Source of the DNA: a virus
Reading direction: 5' to 3' (one strand)
Virus record (IMG/VR): IMGVR_UViG_3300032086_003797
Location: 64,001 to 128,000 of that record
DNA: 64,000 bases
Both the position numbers and the translations under genes were made by a program. Shown here piece by piece: positions 10,039 through 20,228 of this stretch. Under the pieces are notes generated by a model, which searched no databases, was not told the origin of the DNA, and worked only from the letters and a program-made list of their open reading frames with translations. Position 1 is the stretch's first letter, and each line of letters opens with the position of its first letter.

Positions 10039-11263
10039 GACCGCAACACAACTAAGCGCAGAGGCAATGAAGGCGGTCAAAAACGCCCAGCAATCGCCTC
10101 TCATTGAGGCAGAAAATGAAGCGTTACGCCAAGCAAAGGCAGCATCGTTTCTTAATCCTCATGATGATAAGGACCAGCGAGCAACTCTTTTCCCGCCTGC
10201 TCCTCCAGGTAAAACATATCGTCGTATTATCAAGGCATTCCATCAGTTAAAGTACTCGCAACTTACTGATAAGAATAATCGACATGCTGATGTAGATGAG
10301 AAGCACTGTCGAGAGGTTTTGCAGCCCTTGCTAGAGCGGGCTGGGCAAATTAACTATCCGATTATGGGCAGAGCTAAGTCCCCAGTATCGTTTTATACGG
10401 ACCATGGTCATAACCGAGGTTGGTCCTCTAACGATCTATGGCCTGGCAGACTATTGCCGTTTTTAGAGCTTTTTCCTGATGTGTATGAGGTCACCACCGA
10501 TTCTACTGGTCAGGAGATTTATACTGCCATCTCCACCCCCGAAGGAAGCCTAGGAGAATACCTTTCCGAGGTCCGATGTAACCCTAGTCAGGTAAATAAG
10601 ATTTATACTATATTTTGTGCTGTCGAGCATTTGAAAGAGTCTTTTCAGCGTGATCCATCATTCCACGGGCGAAACCCCTCAAGGCAGTTCCCAGATCGAA
10701 CGGGCGGAACCTTTGATGATATCATGGACTTGCTCCACCCAGAGCAGTTCCTATACAAGGGCACCCGCACTCAGATTTACAATAGGTGGAAGCAGGGCGC
10801 TCCAACCTCATCTACGATTGCCCAGACTCAGGGTTCCCGAACGAACGAACTGGCGAAGCTAGGATGGGATCAAGGCTTGATCCCTGGGAAAAACGGACAG
10901 ATGTCTGAATATAATCGGGAGACTTTCAAAATTTGGGAGTGGTACGATGTAAAGAACAATGCTTATTTGGGTATGACTACAAGCAATGGTAATAAGTTCA
11001 AGGAAAAGATTTTCCTGAATTGCATTGAAGCACATTGTGCAAACAGAAGTCTTCAGTCCAACGACATCAACCTTCTGTTTGTGATCGATAAACCTAGTCA
11101 TGTTCTGGCTAACCTAGAGACACAAAGAGATAATCAGGTCAGTGAGATTAGAAGAGTTAACGCCATGCTAAAAACGCTTGGAATCAAGCTGCGCATTAAA
11201 ACGGTAAGGTTTGTGAAGCAGCTAAAAGATACTAATGACATTGGTCGCACTGTGATTGTATGA
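10028..11263 (+). CDS. Hypothetical protein, possible ParB/Srx-like N-terminal domain
   Basis: QINYPI...DHGHNR resembles the ParB PI..DG.HR motif; weak. Confidence 0.5.
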   Translation: MTLETATQLSAEAMKAVKNAQQSPLIEAENEALRQAKAASFLNPHDDKDQRATLFPPAPPGKTYRRIIKAFHQLKYSQLTDKNNRHADVDEKHCREVLQPLLERAGQINYPIMGRAKSPVSFYTDHGHNRGWSSNDLWPGRLLPFLELFPDVYEVTTDSTGQEIYTAISTPEGSLGEYLSEVRCNPSQVNKIYTIFCAVEHLKESFQRDPSFHGRNPSRQFPDRTGGTFDDIMDLLHPEQFLYKGTRTQIYNRWKQGAPTSSTIAQTQGSRTNELAKLGWDQGLIPGKNGQMSEYNRETFKIWEWYDVKNNAYLGMTTSNGNKFKEKIFLNCIEAHCANRSLQSNDINLLFVIDKPSHVLANLETQRDNQVSEIRRVNAMLKTLGIKLRIKTVRFVKQLKDTNDIGRTVIV

Positions 11264-11742
11264 GAGAAAAGATGGGGAATAAGCGACTCCCAACTGGCGG
11301 GAAGTGGAGATTTCTTGGCGGCAGACTAGTGCCATGCCTGAGAACAACTCTAGAGAAAACTAGCGCAACAGACAAATATACGTTCCATGTCGGCACGGAT
11401 AGCAAGCCGTTTACTGAGTATACAATTGTCAGCACAGCCATATGTCTGCGCCAAAAAGGCTCTGGAGTCTTAGTGGCTTATCGGAGGGTGAAAGTTGATA
11501 ACTTCAAATCATTAGCAGAGAGACTACTGTTTGAGACAACCGAGTCAATTGCAGTTGCGCAGATGATAGAGGGAATCACTGGCAGATCACCATTGGTACA
11601 CGCAGATGTTAATATTAAGGATGAGGCTGAGAGTAGTAAGATGCTAACAACCGTCGAGGGCATGATCAAAGGCATGGGTTTCAGTGCTGTCTGCAAGCCA
11701 AACGCCTGGGCAGCCGATATTGCAGACATGTTTACGAGATAG
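11260..11742 (+). CDS. RNase H-like protein (YkuK type)
   Basis: HVGTDS, RLLFET..S, VHADVN, AADIAD. Confidence 0.8.
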   Translation: MREKMGNKRLPTGGKWRFLGGRLVPCLRTTLEKTSATDKYTFHVGTDSKPFTEYTIVSTAICLRQKGSGVLVAYRRVKVDNFKSLAERLLFETTESIAVAQMIEGITGRSPLVHADVNIKDEAESSKMLTTVEGMIKGMGFSAVCKPNAWAADIADMFTR

Positions 11743-11749
11743 AGAATAT

Positions 11750-12493
11750 ATGATTGATTTAAAACATGCAGATTGTTTAGAGTATCTTCGCACACTCGAT
11801 GATGAATCAGCCGACCTTGTTGTGGTTGACCCTCCTTACTTTGAGATCGTCAAAGACGCCTGGGATAACCAGTGGGGCTCCGAGCAAGAGTACCTAGATT
11901 GGTGCAAGGCTTGGACGGAGGAGTGCTTCCGTGTCATGAAGCCAGGTGCCTGCTTTTATGTTTGGGGCACAACTAAGACAGACACATTTCTAAGATATAA
12001 GCTGAATGTTCTCAACGAGATACCAGATGCTCATTATCAAAACTGGATCATTTGGGCTTATGACTGGGGTGGCAGAACAAAGAAGAAGTTCCCCCGCAAG
12101 CATGAAGATATTCTAATGTACTCCAAAGGCAAGGAGTTCCCATTTCATGCTGATGACATTCGAGTGCCCTACAAAATGAAAAAGAATATCCGTGCCACCG
12201 CTAGTAACAATCCACTAGGCAAGATCCCAACTGATGTGTGGACTAAGAACAACCATACCACAAGCAAAGAATATGCAGGCTGGCACACTACCCAGAAACC
12301 CATCTCATTGCTAGAGAGAATCATAAAAGCTCATACACAACCTGGCGATACTGTGGTAGACTGTTTTAGCGGCTCGGGATCAACGATGATTGCCTGTTCA
12401 AATACTGGTCGATCGTTTAGGGGTTGTGAGTTTGATGAAGAATATATTAATAAATCCCTCGAAAGGTTAGAGGTTCTATGCAAGACGAAGTAA
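11750..12493 (+). CDS. DNA N4-C/N6-A methyltransferase (beta class)
   Basis: DPPY precedes HTTQKP and DCFSGSGST. Confidence 0.92.
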   Translation: MIDLKHADCLEYLRTLDDESADLVVVDPPYFEIVKDAWDNQWGSEQEYLDWCKAWTEECFRVMKPGACFYVWGTTKTDTFLRYKLNVLNEIPDAHYQNWIIWAYDWGGRTKKKFPRKHEDILMYSKGKEFPFHADDIRVPYKMKKNIRATASNNPLGKIPTDVWTKNNHTTSKEYAGWHTTQKPISLLERIIKAHTQPGDTVVDCFSGSGSTMIACSNTGRSFRGCEFDEEYINKSLERLEVLCKTK

Positions 12494-13047
12494 AGAAGTA
12501 TCAAATCATTTATGCTGATCCGCCTTGGGATTATAAGGGGCAGCTTCAGCATACAGGACAAGGCGGCAAGGACTCTGGCGGAGCTACAAAGCACTACGGC
12601 TGCATGAAACTGGCAGACCTAAAGAAGCTTGATGTTCCAAGCTTATGCGATGAGGATTGTCTTATGTTCATGTGGGCGACGAGCCCGCACCTTGACCAAG
12701 CGATTGAGCTACTGAAGGCTTGGGGGTTCTCCTGGGCAACTGTGGGGTTTGTCTGGGATAAGCAAAAGGTCAACCCAGGGTTTTACACCATGAGCCAAGT
12801 CGAGCTTTGCTTGATTGGTAAGCGAGGCAAGATCCCAAAACCACGAGGTGCCCGCAACATTCGGCAGATGGTCTCAGTGATGAGGGGGAAACACAGCGCC
12901 AAGCCAGAGGAAGTAAGAAAGAGAATTGAAGAGATGTTCCCAGAACAAGCCAAGTTAGAAATGTTTGCCAGAGCCGCCGCCGATGGCTGGGACGTGCATG
13001 GCAATGAAATTGAAGCAGATGTGGAGTTAGATTTTGTCAGTCAATGA
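12478..13047 (+). CDS. MT-A70 family adenine methyltransferase
   Basis: YADPPW, FMWATSP, HSAKP, LEMFAR. Confidence 0.92.
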   Translation: MQDEVKKYQIIYADPPWDYKGQLQHTGQGGKDSGGATKHYGCMKLADLKKLDVPSLCDEDCLMFMWATSPHLDQAIELLKAWGFSWATVGFVWDKQKVNPGFYTMSQVELCLIGKRGKIPKPRGARNIRQMVSVMRGKHSAKPEEVRKRIEEMFPEQAKLEMFARAAADGWDVHGNEIEADVELDFVSQ

Positions 13048-13135
13048 CCAAAGTAATTTATTTAATGTTAGTGATGAATGTTATGATTGCGGGTGTGACT
13101 TAAAACCAGCCTGCGCAGACCGACCAGGGAATAAA

Positions 13136-13618
13136 ATGAAAGTAGAGAAAAAGAATATGCAAGTAAGAGTACAACGAGTTCATGAAAATGCTAAGATGCC
13201 AGTGAGGGCCCACAGCACTGATGCGGGTATGGACTTGTTCTTTTGCCCGACGCCAAAGCCTGAGCTAGATTCTCAGATTGAGACCGTGCTACCGTTTGGT
13301 TCATCCGTAATCCCAACTGGGTTAAAGATCGAAGTTCCTGAGGGTTACATGCTGGAGATCAAGAACAAGTCAGGTATTGCTAGTAAGCGTGGCTTGCTTG
13401 TGGGTGCTTGCGTTGTTGACCGAGGGTATACTGGTGAGATCTTCGTGAACCTCCACAACGTTACCCACCGCAACCAGACTCTCCACGACGGCGACAAGAT
13501 TGCCCAGGCGGTCTTCGTAAAGGTTGAAACAAATATCAGCCTGGTAGAATCAGATAATATTTATGACGACGACACAAGCAGAGGTGATGGCGCACTAGGC
13601 TCAACGGGCGACAGGTAA
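13136..13618 (+). CDS. dut: Trimeric dUTPase
   Basis: AGMDL, KSGIA, VVDRGYTGE, IAQ, RGDGALGSTG; exact start uncertain (13136 or 13157). Confidence 0.93.
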   Translation: MKVEKKNMQVRVQRVHENAKMPVRAHSTDAGMDLFFCPTPKPELDSQIETVLPFGSSVIPTGLKIEVPEGYMLEIKNKSGIASKRGLLVGACVVDRGYTGEIFVNLHNVTHRNQTLHDGDKIAQAVFVKVETNISLVESDNIYDDDTSRGDGALGSTGDR

Positions 13619-13644
13619 AATAATAATAAAATATATTTGCCAGT

Positions 13645-13691
13645 TTCCTTGACGTATCCCCTATCCGTGGTAATATAAATTGTAAGGGAGA
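13645..13691 (+). promoter_or_regulatory. Early promoter/leader cassette, copy 2
   Basis: TTGACG-16nt-TAATAT AAATTGTAAGGGAGA. Confidence 0.85.
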
Positions 13692-13698
13692 TACAGAT

Positions 13699-14601
13699 AT
13701 GGGTTATCGCACTAATCAATGTCAACACTGTGGTCAATACGGACACAACCGTCGTGGCTGCCCACAAATCAAAGAAGCCCACGCCAGAGTTGAGAGCCTT
13801 GCCGAGAAGTACGGCATTGAGCGTTTGGAAGATGAGCTTGCCTACGCTTCCACTCAGTGGATCAGCAGAATCAACGAGGCTGCCAAGATTCAAGACGCCG
13901 ATGAGGATGAAATCTCCTGGCGTGACCGCTGGCTCTGGGAAGAGGTTGAAGAGCGCAAGATTGCTCAGGCTCGCAAGAACAAGCGTGGTCGTCGCTGCGG
14001 TTTCTGCGGTGCTCACGGTCACAACGCTCGAACCTGCCCAACTAAAAAGGAACATCGTGTCCAAGCTGATCGAGTTCAGGGTCTTGCCCATCGTGTAGTA
14101 GCGGCGGTTCTTGAGAAGGCTGGGATTGTCCCAGGGGCTGTAGTTGGGGTTCGGGAGTGGGATTACAAAGCTGAGGAATACCGTATGGCTCCAGCCCTTG
14201 TCAGTCACATCGAGTGGGATGCGATTGCCAAGCCTGGCTATAAAACGCCGCAAGGCATTCCAAACATCTTTGAGGACTGGTTCTCCAAGCCAATGATTCG
14301 GGTTCAGACGCCCAATGGCTCGGGGCTAATAAGAATCCCTTACTCTCTCAAGCAGTGCCCAGAGTACCACTGGTACGAAGGCAGGGAAGATCATAACTCT
14401 TCGATGATCAGCCCATATCTTGCGGGTGAGGTAAACAAGAGTCAAGGCTGGAAGGGTGACGACATCTCACTGATCGACCCAGAGCATTGCAGTAAGATCC
14501 AGCGTTGGTCATCCGTTTCTTGGTGCGCCGATGAGGAGCTTACTCCTGTCATTGAAAAGCTCATCGCAGAGGTCGGTCTTGCTATGAACGATATCTTATA
14601 A
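13699..14601 (+). CDS. Double CCHC zinc-knuckle protein
   Basis: CQHCGQYGHNRRGC and CGFCGAHGHNARTC. Confidence 0.8.
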   Translation: MGYRTNQCQHCGQYGHNRRGCPQIKEAHARVESLAEKYGIERLEDELAYASTQWISRINEAAKIQDADEDEISWRDRWLWEEVEERKIAQARKNKRGRRCGFCGAHGHNARTCPTKKEHRVQADRVQGLAHRVVAAVLEKAGIVPGAVVGVREWDYKAEEYRMAPALVSHIEWDAIAKPGYKTPQGIPNIFEDWFSKPMIRVQTPNGSGLIRIPYSLKQCPEYHWYEGREDHNSSMISPYLAGEVNKSQGWKGDDISLIDPEHCSKIQRWSSVSWCADEELTPVIEKLIAEVGLAMNDIL

Positions 14602-14923
14602 AGGAGAAGAAAATGGGTTGGGCTACTAAGATTGATAAAACAATCACAAGCTTTGAAGAGACAACAGGCAGGATTCAAGATGCCATGGACTGGGCGGAGA
14701 AGGCACGAGACTATGCACATGAATATGACAAGGGCTGCACAGCTTATGTTGACATGTACAAAGCCCATGCTGCATTAGAAGCCTTGAAGAGTATAGTCGA
14801 GAAAGCATCTAATGATTTAGCTAAGGATATGTTTGGAGATTGAGTTTTTTACAATAAAATAGCTAAACACTTGCTTGAATATAATATATATTAGATAAAG
14901 AATAACCATTAGGAGGTTACAAC

Positions 14924-15100
14924 ATGAATAACATTTTAAATAACTGGTCTGAAATCAAAGAGCTTATTGATATGCTAGAGGTTGATATGGGCAAGACTGC
15001 TGGAGGCAACAAAGCCGCTGGCGTTCGTGTCCGCAAAGAGCTTCGCAGACTCAAGACACTAACTTCAGGATTAGTCAAAGAGACTTTGAACAAGGAATGA
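14924..15100 (+). CDS. Histone H1-like Hc1 family protein (58 aa, absent from ORF track)
   Basis: AGGAGGT RBS; MNNILNNWSEIKELIDMLEVDMGKTAGGNKAAGVRVRKELRRLK..; GNKAAGxRxRK is the Hc1 signature. Confidence 0.8.
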   Translation: MNNILNNWSEIKELIDMLEVDMGKTAGGNKAAGVRVRKELRRLKTLTSGLVKETLNKE

Positions 15101-15657
15101 AATTGCTGTTAGCAAGATTATACTTCTGGTTAGCAAGAGTTTTGTTGTCCCGTGGTTTGCTCGCTGGACAATGGTTTCAAAACAAAGGCATCTTGATGCT
15201 CGCTAAGATCGGAATAAAAAAGAATGGATAGTATGGTTGGGTTGGCATATGCGGCTGTTGCAGTTGGCACTAGCGTGGTGACTGTGATGGCGCTTGAAAA
15301 GATGACTCAGGCAATCGGCAACAAAAGATTTAAAAGAAAGGTCAATAGAAGACTGTGACTATTCATGATTTCATTGAGGTCGGCTTAGTTTCAGTTCTTT
15401 TACTCCTAACTTTTTGGATAGGATACGAATTCGGTGCGAACAAGAATGAATAAAAAGAAGTACCTTTACGTCTGTCAAACAGAGGATGGTCGCAACAATA
15501 AACTGTTAGAAAAGTGCGGGTTCCGATATGCATTCACAGAAATCGGTAACTGGAATTGTCCAAAGTGTGGAGCGAAGCTAGACCTAGAAGGTACGTCTGG
15601 CAAAACTGTCTCCGAAATACTCTCAGAAGGCTTCAGGGAAGAGAAAAAAGGTAAATA

Positions 15658-16092
15658 ATGAAAAGGTTTACTCTAATTGACATCGTTACCATGCTGGGTA
15701 TTGCATCATCTATTTTATTAGTATTGATGTTCGCCTCGGGATGCTCTATGAAATTCTATAAGGAGACACCAGAGGATACTCGCAAATGCTGCGAGCGGGT
15801 CAACTTACACACCGAAGAGATGGATAAGTTTGGGCGTTACTGCAAGGTAGCTGTGTTCCTCTCTAAGAGCGAAAACATGGCAGTCGGCGCAGGCGTCAAG
15901 AAAGGTGCGCAAGAGGCGGTAAGGATTTGTAAGTTTGTTTTCCAGGTTGAGACTGACAAGGATTTGATTTCAGCTTCAGATGCTCAACATTATTATAAGG
16001 TTCGCAGCTACGTTGTCGATAACCCTATTCAGAAGGGTTGGCGCATGAAGCTAGATTGTGACCCAGCAGAAATTTATTGTGAGGAGTTTTAA
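15658..16092 (+). CDS. Cys-rich putative lipoprotein
   Basis: Hydrophobic signal ending FASGC (lipobox-like). Confidence 0.6.
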   Translation: MKRFTLIDIVTMLGIASSILLVLMFASGCSMKFYKETPEDTRKCCERVNLHTEEMDKFGRYCKVAVFLSKSENMAVGAGVKKGAQEAVRICKFVFQVETDKDLISASDAQHYYKVRSYVVDNPIQKGWRMKLDCDPAEIYCEEF

Positions 16093-16093
16093 G

Positions 16094-16795
16094 ATGAGTA
16101 GCAACGAACAGGGTTTTGCCTATGAGACAACGGTCATTGAGGCTTTGAAGGCGGCAGGAATCGCAGGCGACATTCAGGAGGGCGCAGGCGCATCGGCAAC
16201 ACTTGCCGACGCAGATTTTTTTGTCGGCGGTAAAAAATATTTATTAGAAGTGAAGCAGGATTCCCACGCACAGATGGGAGGCACCTCTGTACGCTATGAT
16301 AACGGCAGCTTTGAGATGGTGAGTGAAGCCGTAGATGGCAATACGGCAGATCTAATCATCTCAGCACTAGGTCAAAAGGTAGAAGCCATTGAACGTTTCC
16401 TAGCTGCTATTGGGGCAGAGAAATTTCCTACCACTTGTGACAAGTACACTTGGACAGAAGCAAAGAAAAAAGGATTATTAAAACCTATCAACGCTAAAAT
16501 CAAAGAGGATGTTTCTTTCATTATCGACCACTACAAGAAGAAAGGTATCCACTACATGCAGATTGGTGGAGCAGGCTTATTCTATTTGGATGAGAACCCA
16601 GCGGACCTACCCGTACCCAAGCTCGAAGGTGAGATTGACATCGAGTTACGAGCGGGGCGCAGTGGCTCTTCATTAAACGCCGCAGGCGTCCGCCGAGTCA
16701 GCGGTTTGTTGCGAGCCCAGGCACGACTAAAGTTCAAGGGCAAGTCGCCGATTAGCTTGGACTCACCCAGTGGGATTGCTCAGTTGAAGAGATGA
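16094..16795 (+). CDS. PD-(D/E)xK restriction-endonuclease-like nuclease
   Basis: GFAYE..ADADF..LLEVK pattern. Confidence 0.6.
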   Translation: MSSNEQGFAYETTVIEALKAAGIAGDIQEGAGASATLADADFFVGGKKYLLEVKQDSHAQMGGTSVRYDNGSFEMVSEAVDGNTADLIISALGQKVEAIERFLAAIGAEKFPTTCDKYTWTEAKKKGLLKPINAKIKEDVSFIIDHYKKKGIHYMQIGGAGLFYLDENPADLPVPKLEGEIDIELRAGRSGSSLNAAGVRRVSGLLRAQARLKFKGKSPISLDSPSGIAQLKR

Positions 16796-17286
16796 AGAAG
16801 TCAGAGTTAATCAGGTTGATCCGCTACCAGTTGAACAGTGGCGATCACCCAGGCACAGAAGTTGTGCTCGATCTACTCGATCAGCTTATCAGCCAGGGCG
16901 GAGCAACATTGGGCGACGTAACAAAAATAAAAGAACTAATCTTAGAGGAATAATAAATGCTATACACGCTAAAGGTAGTAGCAACCATGATCGTAGCCTT
17001 TGCAGGAGGTATAGTATTAAACAGGTTGCTTTATAGATTCTTCGATTGGTTCTTAGATCTTATAGAAAGTTTTGATGAAGAGAACAGGCACTAATGCATA
17101 AGCGATATGATAGATACCCAGCATGGACCGACGCCCTAGCAGAACATAAGAGATGGAGCAACAGAGGCAAGTCTTGGACCAAAGAGTATATGAGATTATA
17201 CAAACGAGCCACACAAGAACAAGCAGAAGAGGAGTGGTACAACAGGCCACCCGATTCATATCATAAACCACAGGAGTATTAGTAGC

Positions 17287-17985
17287 ATGTCACGATTTGG
17301 AAAAACAGCAGGTGGTAACCGACGCAGGCACCCTCTTCGACAAGACGATTGGCAAGATCCCAAGACCTATGTGGCTAGGCGACTTGTGGTAGAAGCCAGG
17401 AACTACGACAAGAACAGTGATTCTATGAAGACGGTCGCCGATCGTTTCAGGTGGGCAGCCGACGCTTGGATAAGCAGTGGCTATAGCGACGATGAGCTAC
17501 AAACACATCTTTGTAACTATTGTGGCGAAGAGAAGCCATTCTATGATTATTATTCTAAAAGCGAAATAAGGTGCAAAGAGTGTCAACCTAAAAGACAATC
17601 GGTTCCTATCAATACTCCCGAGCGAATCAGGAAGAGGATCGCCACCGCTTACGTTATCACCATCAAGCACGAATTGGGCAAGGGAAACAATAAATATATC
17701 TCTAATCCCATTCCTATTGTATGGGACGAGATAGAGAAACACTTGGGATACAACAAGGAAGATCTACTAAGGCATTTAGAGAGCAGGTTTGAGCCTTGGA
17801 TGGATTGGAGTTGTTGGGGGCGCACCAGAAAAAATCAAGATGGTAAGTGTTGGGAGATCGATCATATCAAACCCAGGAGCACTTACGAATACACAGGAAT
17901 CAACACACCAGAGTTCAAAGAGATTTGGAGCTTGGGGAATATTAGACCATTATCTCGCAAAGAGAACACAGCAAAGGGAGCATAA
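17287..17985 (+). CDS. HNH endonuclease-like protein with zinc ribbon
   Basis: CNYC/CKEC; WEIDHIKP..NIRPL..EN. Confidence 0.75.
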   Translation: MSRFGKTAGGNRRRHPLRQDDWQDPKTYVARRLVVEARNYDKNSDSMKTVADRFRWAADAWISSGYSDDELQTHLCNYCGEEKPFYDYYSKSEIRCKECQPKRQSVPINTPERIRKRIATAYVITIKHELGKGNNKYISNPIPIVWDEIEKHLGYNKEDLLRHLESRFEPWMDWSCWGRTRKNQDGKCWEIDHIKPRSTYEYTGINTPEFKEIWSLGNIRPLSRKENTAKGA

Positions 17986-18212
17986 GGAGTTATGACAAGT
18001 TACCATGTAGACAAGAAGCTCGACCAGTTGACCGAGAGATTCTCAGAAGAGATCAACAAGGTCATCGCAGGCTTTGGTCATGAGTTAGAATACTTTCAAG
18101 ACAGAGTAGAACGCCTTGAGAAAAACCACAAGCGGACCCAAATGAAGCTAGGATTCCTAAGCCTCGTGGTTCTGCTAAGTTTCATCCTATAAGCAGCGGG
18201 CGACAAATAATA

Positions 18213-18629
18213 ATGTTTGAATTAGAAAACCCCAATAAAGAAGAAATGATAGAACACATCTATAAGATTGCAGATGAGTATATCCAGAAGAGCATAGATG
18301 ATCCTAATGGAGAGTTAGCTTATCAAGAAACAGAATGGAGAACCCCAGGTAACTGGTTTGCTTCTATCGAGGATATCGAAGGTTGGGTTAAGTTGATCAC
18401 TTCGCATAACAACTTCTATGGTTATGTTACAAGAGAGTTATATAAGTTAGGCTTCTATGATGAAATAGGTAATGAATACAGTGGTAGTGCTTTCAGCCGA
18501 ATGTGGCATGGCAGAGAAGGACTTGCTGCCAAGGGTGAGTACGGAGTGACCGATGTGCCTATTAATCAATTGAGGATACAACGGAACAAGAAAAGAAGAG
18601 CCGCCAGGGGCAGCACCTTTCGTGTTTAG
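18213..18629 (+). CDS. Hypothetical protein
   Basis: 138-aa ORF. Confidence 0.55.
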   Translation: MFELENPNKEEMIEHIYKIADEYIQKSIDDPNGELAYQETEWRTPGNWFASIEDIEGWVKLITSHNNFYGYVTRELYKLGFYDEIGNEYSGSAFSRMWHGREGLAAKGEYGVTDVPINQLRIQRNKKRRAARGSTFRV

Positions 18630-18968
18630 TAACTTTGCCTAATATTTGTGCATAGTTGTGTTTAGGAGTGACAATAAATGGGCGTTTTTTTTCAAGTTGA
18701 CAGCAAAGTCATAGGGGTGCCTACTTTTTGTGCAAAAGGATTGCTTATTAATTGTGCAAAAATAAGGTTTTGATTATAAAATAGGCACAGTGTGACATTA
18801 TTGTCATAGTGACCTTGGAGGTGCGAAGAGACCTAATACATAGATGATGTAAAGTCGTCAAGAAGATTATTTAGCAGGCTAAAGGGAATAAACTCTCATT
18901 ATACACCATATACTATTGGTTGTTAAAGCAGGTTTTCGCAGGAGAAAAAAGTGAAAAAAGTTTAGCAG

Positions 18969-19016
18969 TTTCCTTGACTCCCAGCGTATACATGGTAATA
19001 TAAGATGTAAGGGAGA
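18969..19016 (+). promoter_or_regulatory. Early promoter/leader cassette, copy 3
   Basis: TTGACT-16nt-TAATAT AAGATGTAAGGGAGA. Confidence 0.8.
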
Positions 19017-19025
19017 GAGATTGAT

Positions 19026-20078
19026 ATGAGTGTAGACTTCAAAACCTTTGTGAACTTAGCGCCTGCGGTATCTGCCGCTCGCCTGCCTGTCCTGCTTCGT
19101 GGTCGCCACGGTGTTGGTAAAAGCCAGGTTGTTTACCAGATTGCTAAGAACATGGAGCTTCCAGTTGTGGAGCGCCGTGCTTCCCAAATGACCGAGGGTG
19201 ACTTGGTTGGCTTGCCCAGCATTGAGGGCAATCGCACCAGCTTCAATCCGCCAGACTGGTTCAAACAGGCTTGTGAAGAGCCCGTTGTCCTGTTTCTGGA
19301 CGAAGTTGACCGTGCCACCTTGGAAGTTCGCCAAGGTATCTTTGAGTTGACGGACAGTCGGAAGCTCAATGGGCACTACCTTCACGCTGATACGCTTGTG
19401 TTCGCTGCCATCAACGGTGGTGAGCACGGTGAGCAGTACCAAGTCAATGAGATGGACCCAGCGGAACTTGACCGTTGGTCAGTCTGGGACATTGAGCCTA
19501 CGGTTGAGGACTGGTTGTCCTGGGCTAAGGGCAATGTTGACTCCCTGGTTTGGGACTTCATCAACCAAAACCGTGATCACCTTGAGCACAACGGTGACAT
19601 CGAGCCCAACAAGCGGTACCCTAGCCGTCGTAGTTGGGATCGGCTGAACCAAGTGTTGGCAAAAGCTGACCTTCTGGAGTCCCCAGGTCCCCAGATGTTC
19701 GCCCTTGCTCAGTCCTTCGTGGGCTTCGAGGCTGCTGTCTCCTTCAATGACTTCGCTGCCAACTATGAGCGGCAGGTTACGGTTCAACAGTTGCTTGCTG
19801 GTGAGCGTGTGGAAGCCCTAGCTGGGTTCTCCCTAAATGATAACTGCGCTTTGATCGAGAAGCTTGACGCTTCTGGTGCGCTCAAAGAAGAAGACCTTAG
19901 CGAGGAACAGGTTGTGAACCTGGCTAAGTATTTCGTAACCCTTCCTAGCGAAGCTGCCATGAAGCTGTGGCAAGTTGTCGCTCGGATGCCACAACCCAAA
20001 GTGAAGCTGTTTCATGCTGCTGAGCTTGCTGACGGTGAATCCGTCGCTGGGTACCTGGCAAAGATCTTGGGAGCCTAA
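19026..20078 (+). CDS. MoxR-like AAA+ ATPase
   Basis: GRHGVGKS Walker A, LFLDEVDRA Walker B, DPAELDRW, PSRRSW. Confidence 0.9.
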   Translation: MSVDFKTFVNLAPAVSAARLPVLLRGRHGVGKSQVVYQIAKNMELPVVERRASQMTEGDLVGLPSIEGNRTSFNPPDWFKQACEEPVVLFLDEVDRATLEVRQGIFELTDSRKLNGHYLHADTLVFAAINGGEHGEQYQVNEMDPAELDRWSVWDIEPTVEDWLSWAKGNVDSLVWDFINQNRDHLEHNGDIEPNKRYPSRRSWDRLNQVLAKADLLESPGPQMFALAQSFVGFEAAVSFNDFAANYERQVTVQQLLAGERVEALAGFSLNDNCALIEKLDASGALKEEDLSEEQVVNLAKYFVTLPSEAAMKLWQVVARMPQPKVKLFHAAELADGESVAGYLAKILGA

Positions 20079-20119
20079 TCTCTACCCTTACACAACCAAG
20101 GTTCCTTTGAGATCGGCAG

Positions 20120-20152
20120 AGCCCACCGAAGTAATGGTGGGCTTCTGTTTTT
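20120..20152 (+). terminator. Intrinsic terminator
   Basis: AGCCCACC/GGTGGGCT stem plus T-rich tail. Confidence 0.7.
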
Positions 20153-20175
20153 AAAGGGCAAATAAATATAGTAGT

Positions 20176-20223
20176 TTACTTGACAGGTAGCCATAGTGTG
20201 GTACTATAAATTGTAAGGAAGAG
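20176..20223 (+). promoter_or_regulatory. Early promoter/leader cassette, copy 4
   Basis: TTGACA-16nt-TACTAT AAATTGTAAGGAAGA. Confidence 0.85.
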
Positions 20224-20228
20224 ATGAA

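Noticed and set aside
17287-17985. Intron-encoded homing endonuclease
   Set aside because: No interrupted host gene or intron core visible; treated as free-standing HNH
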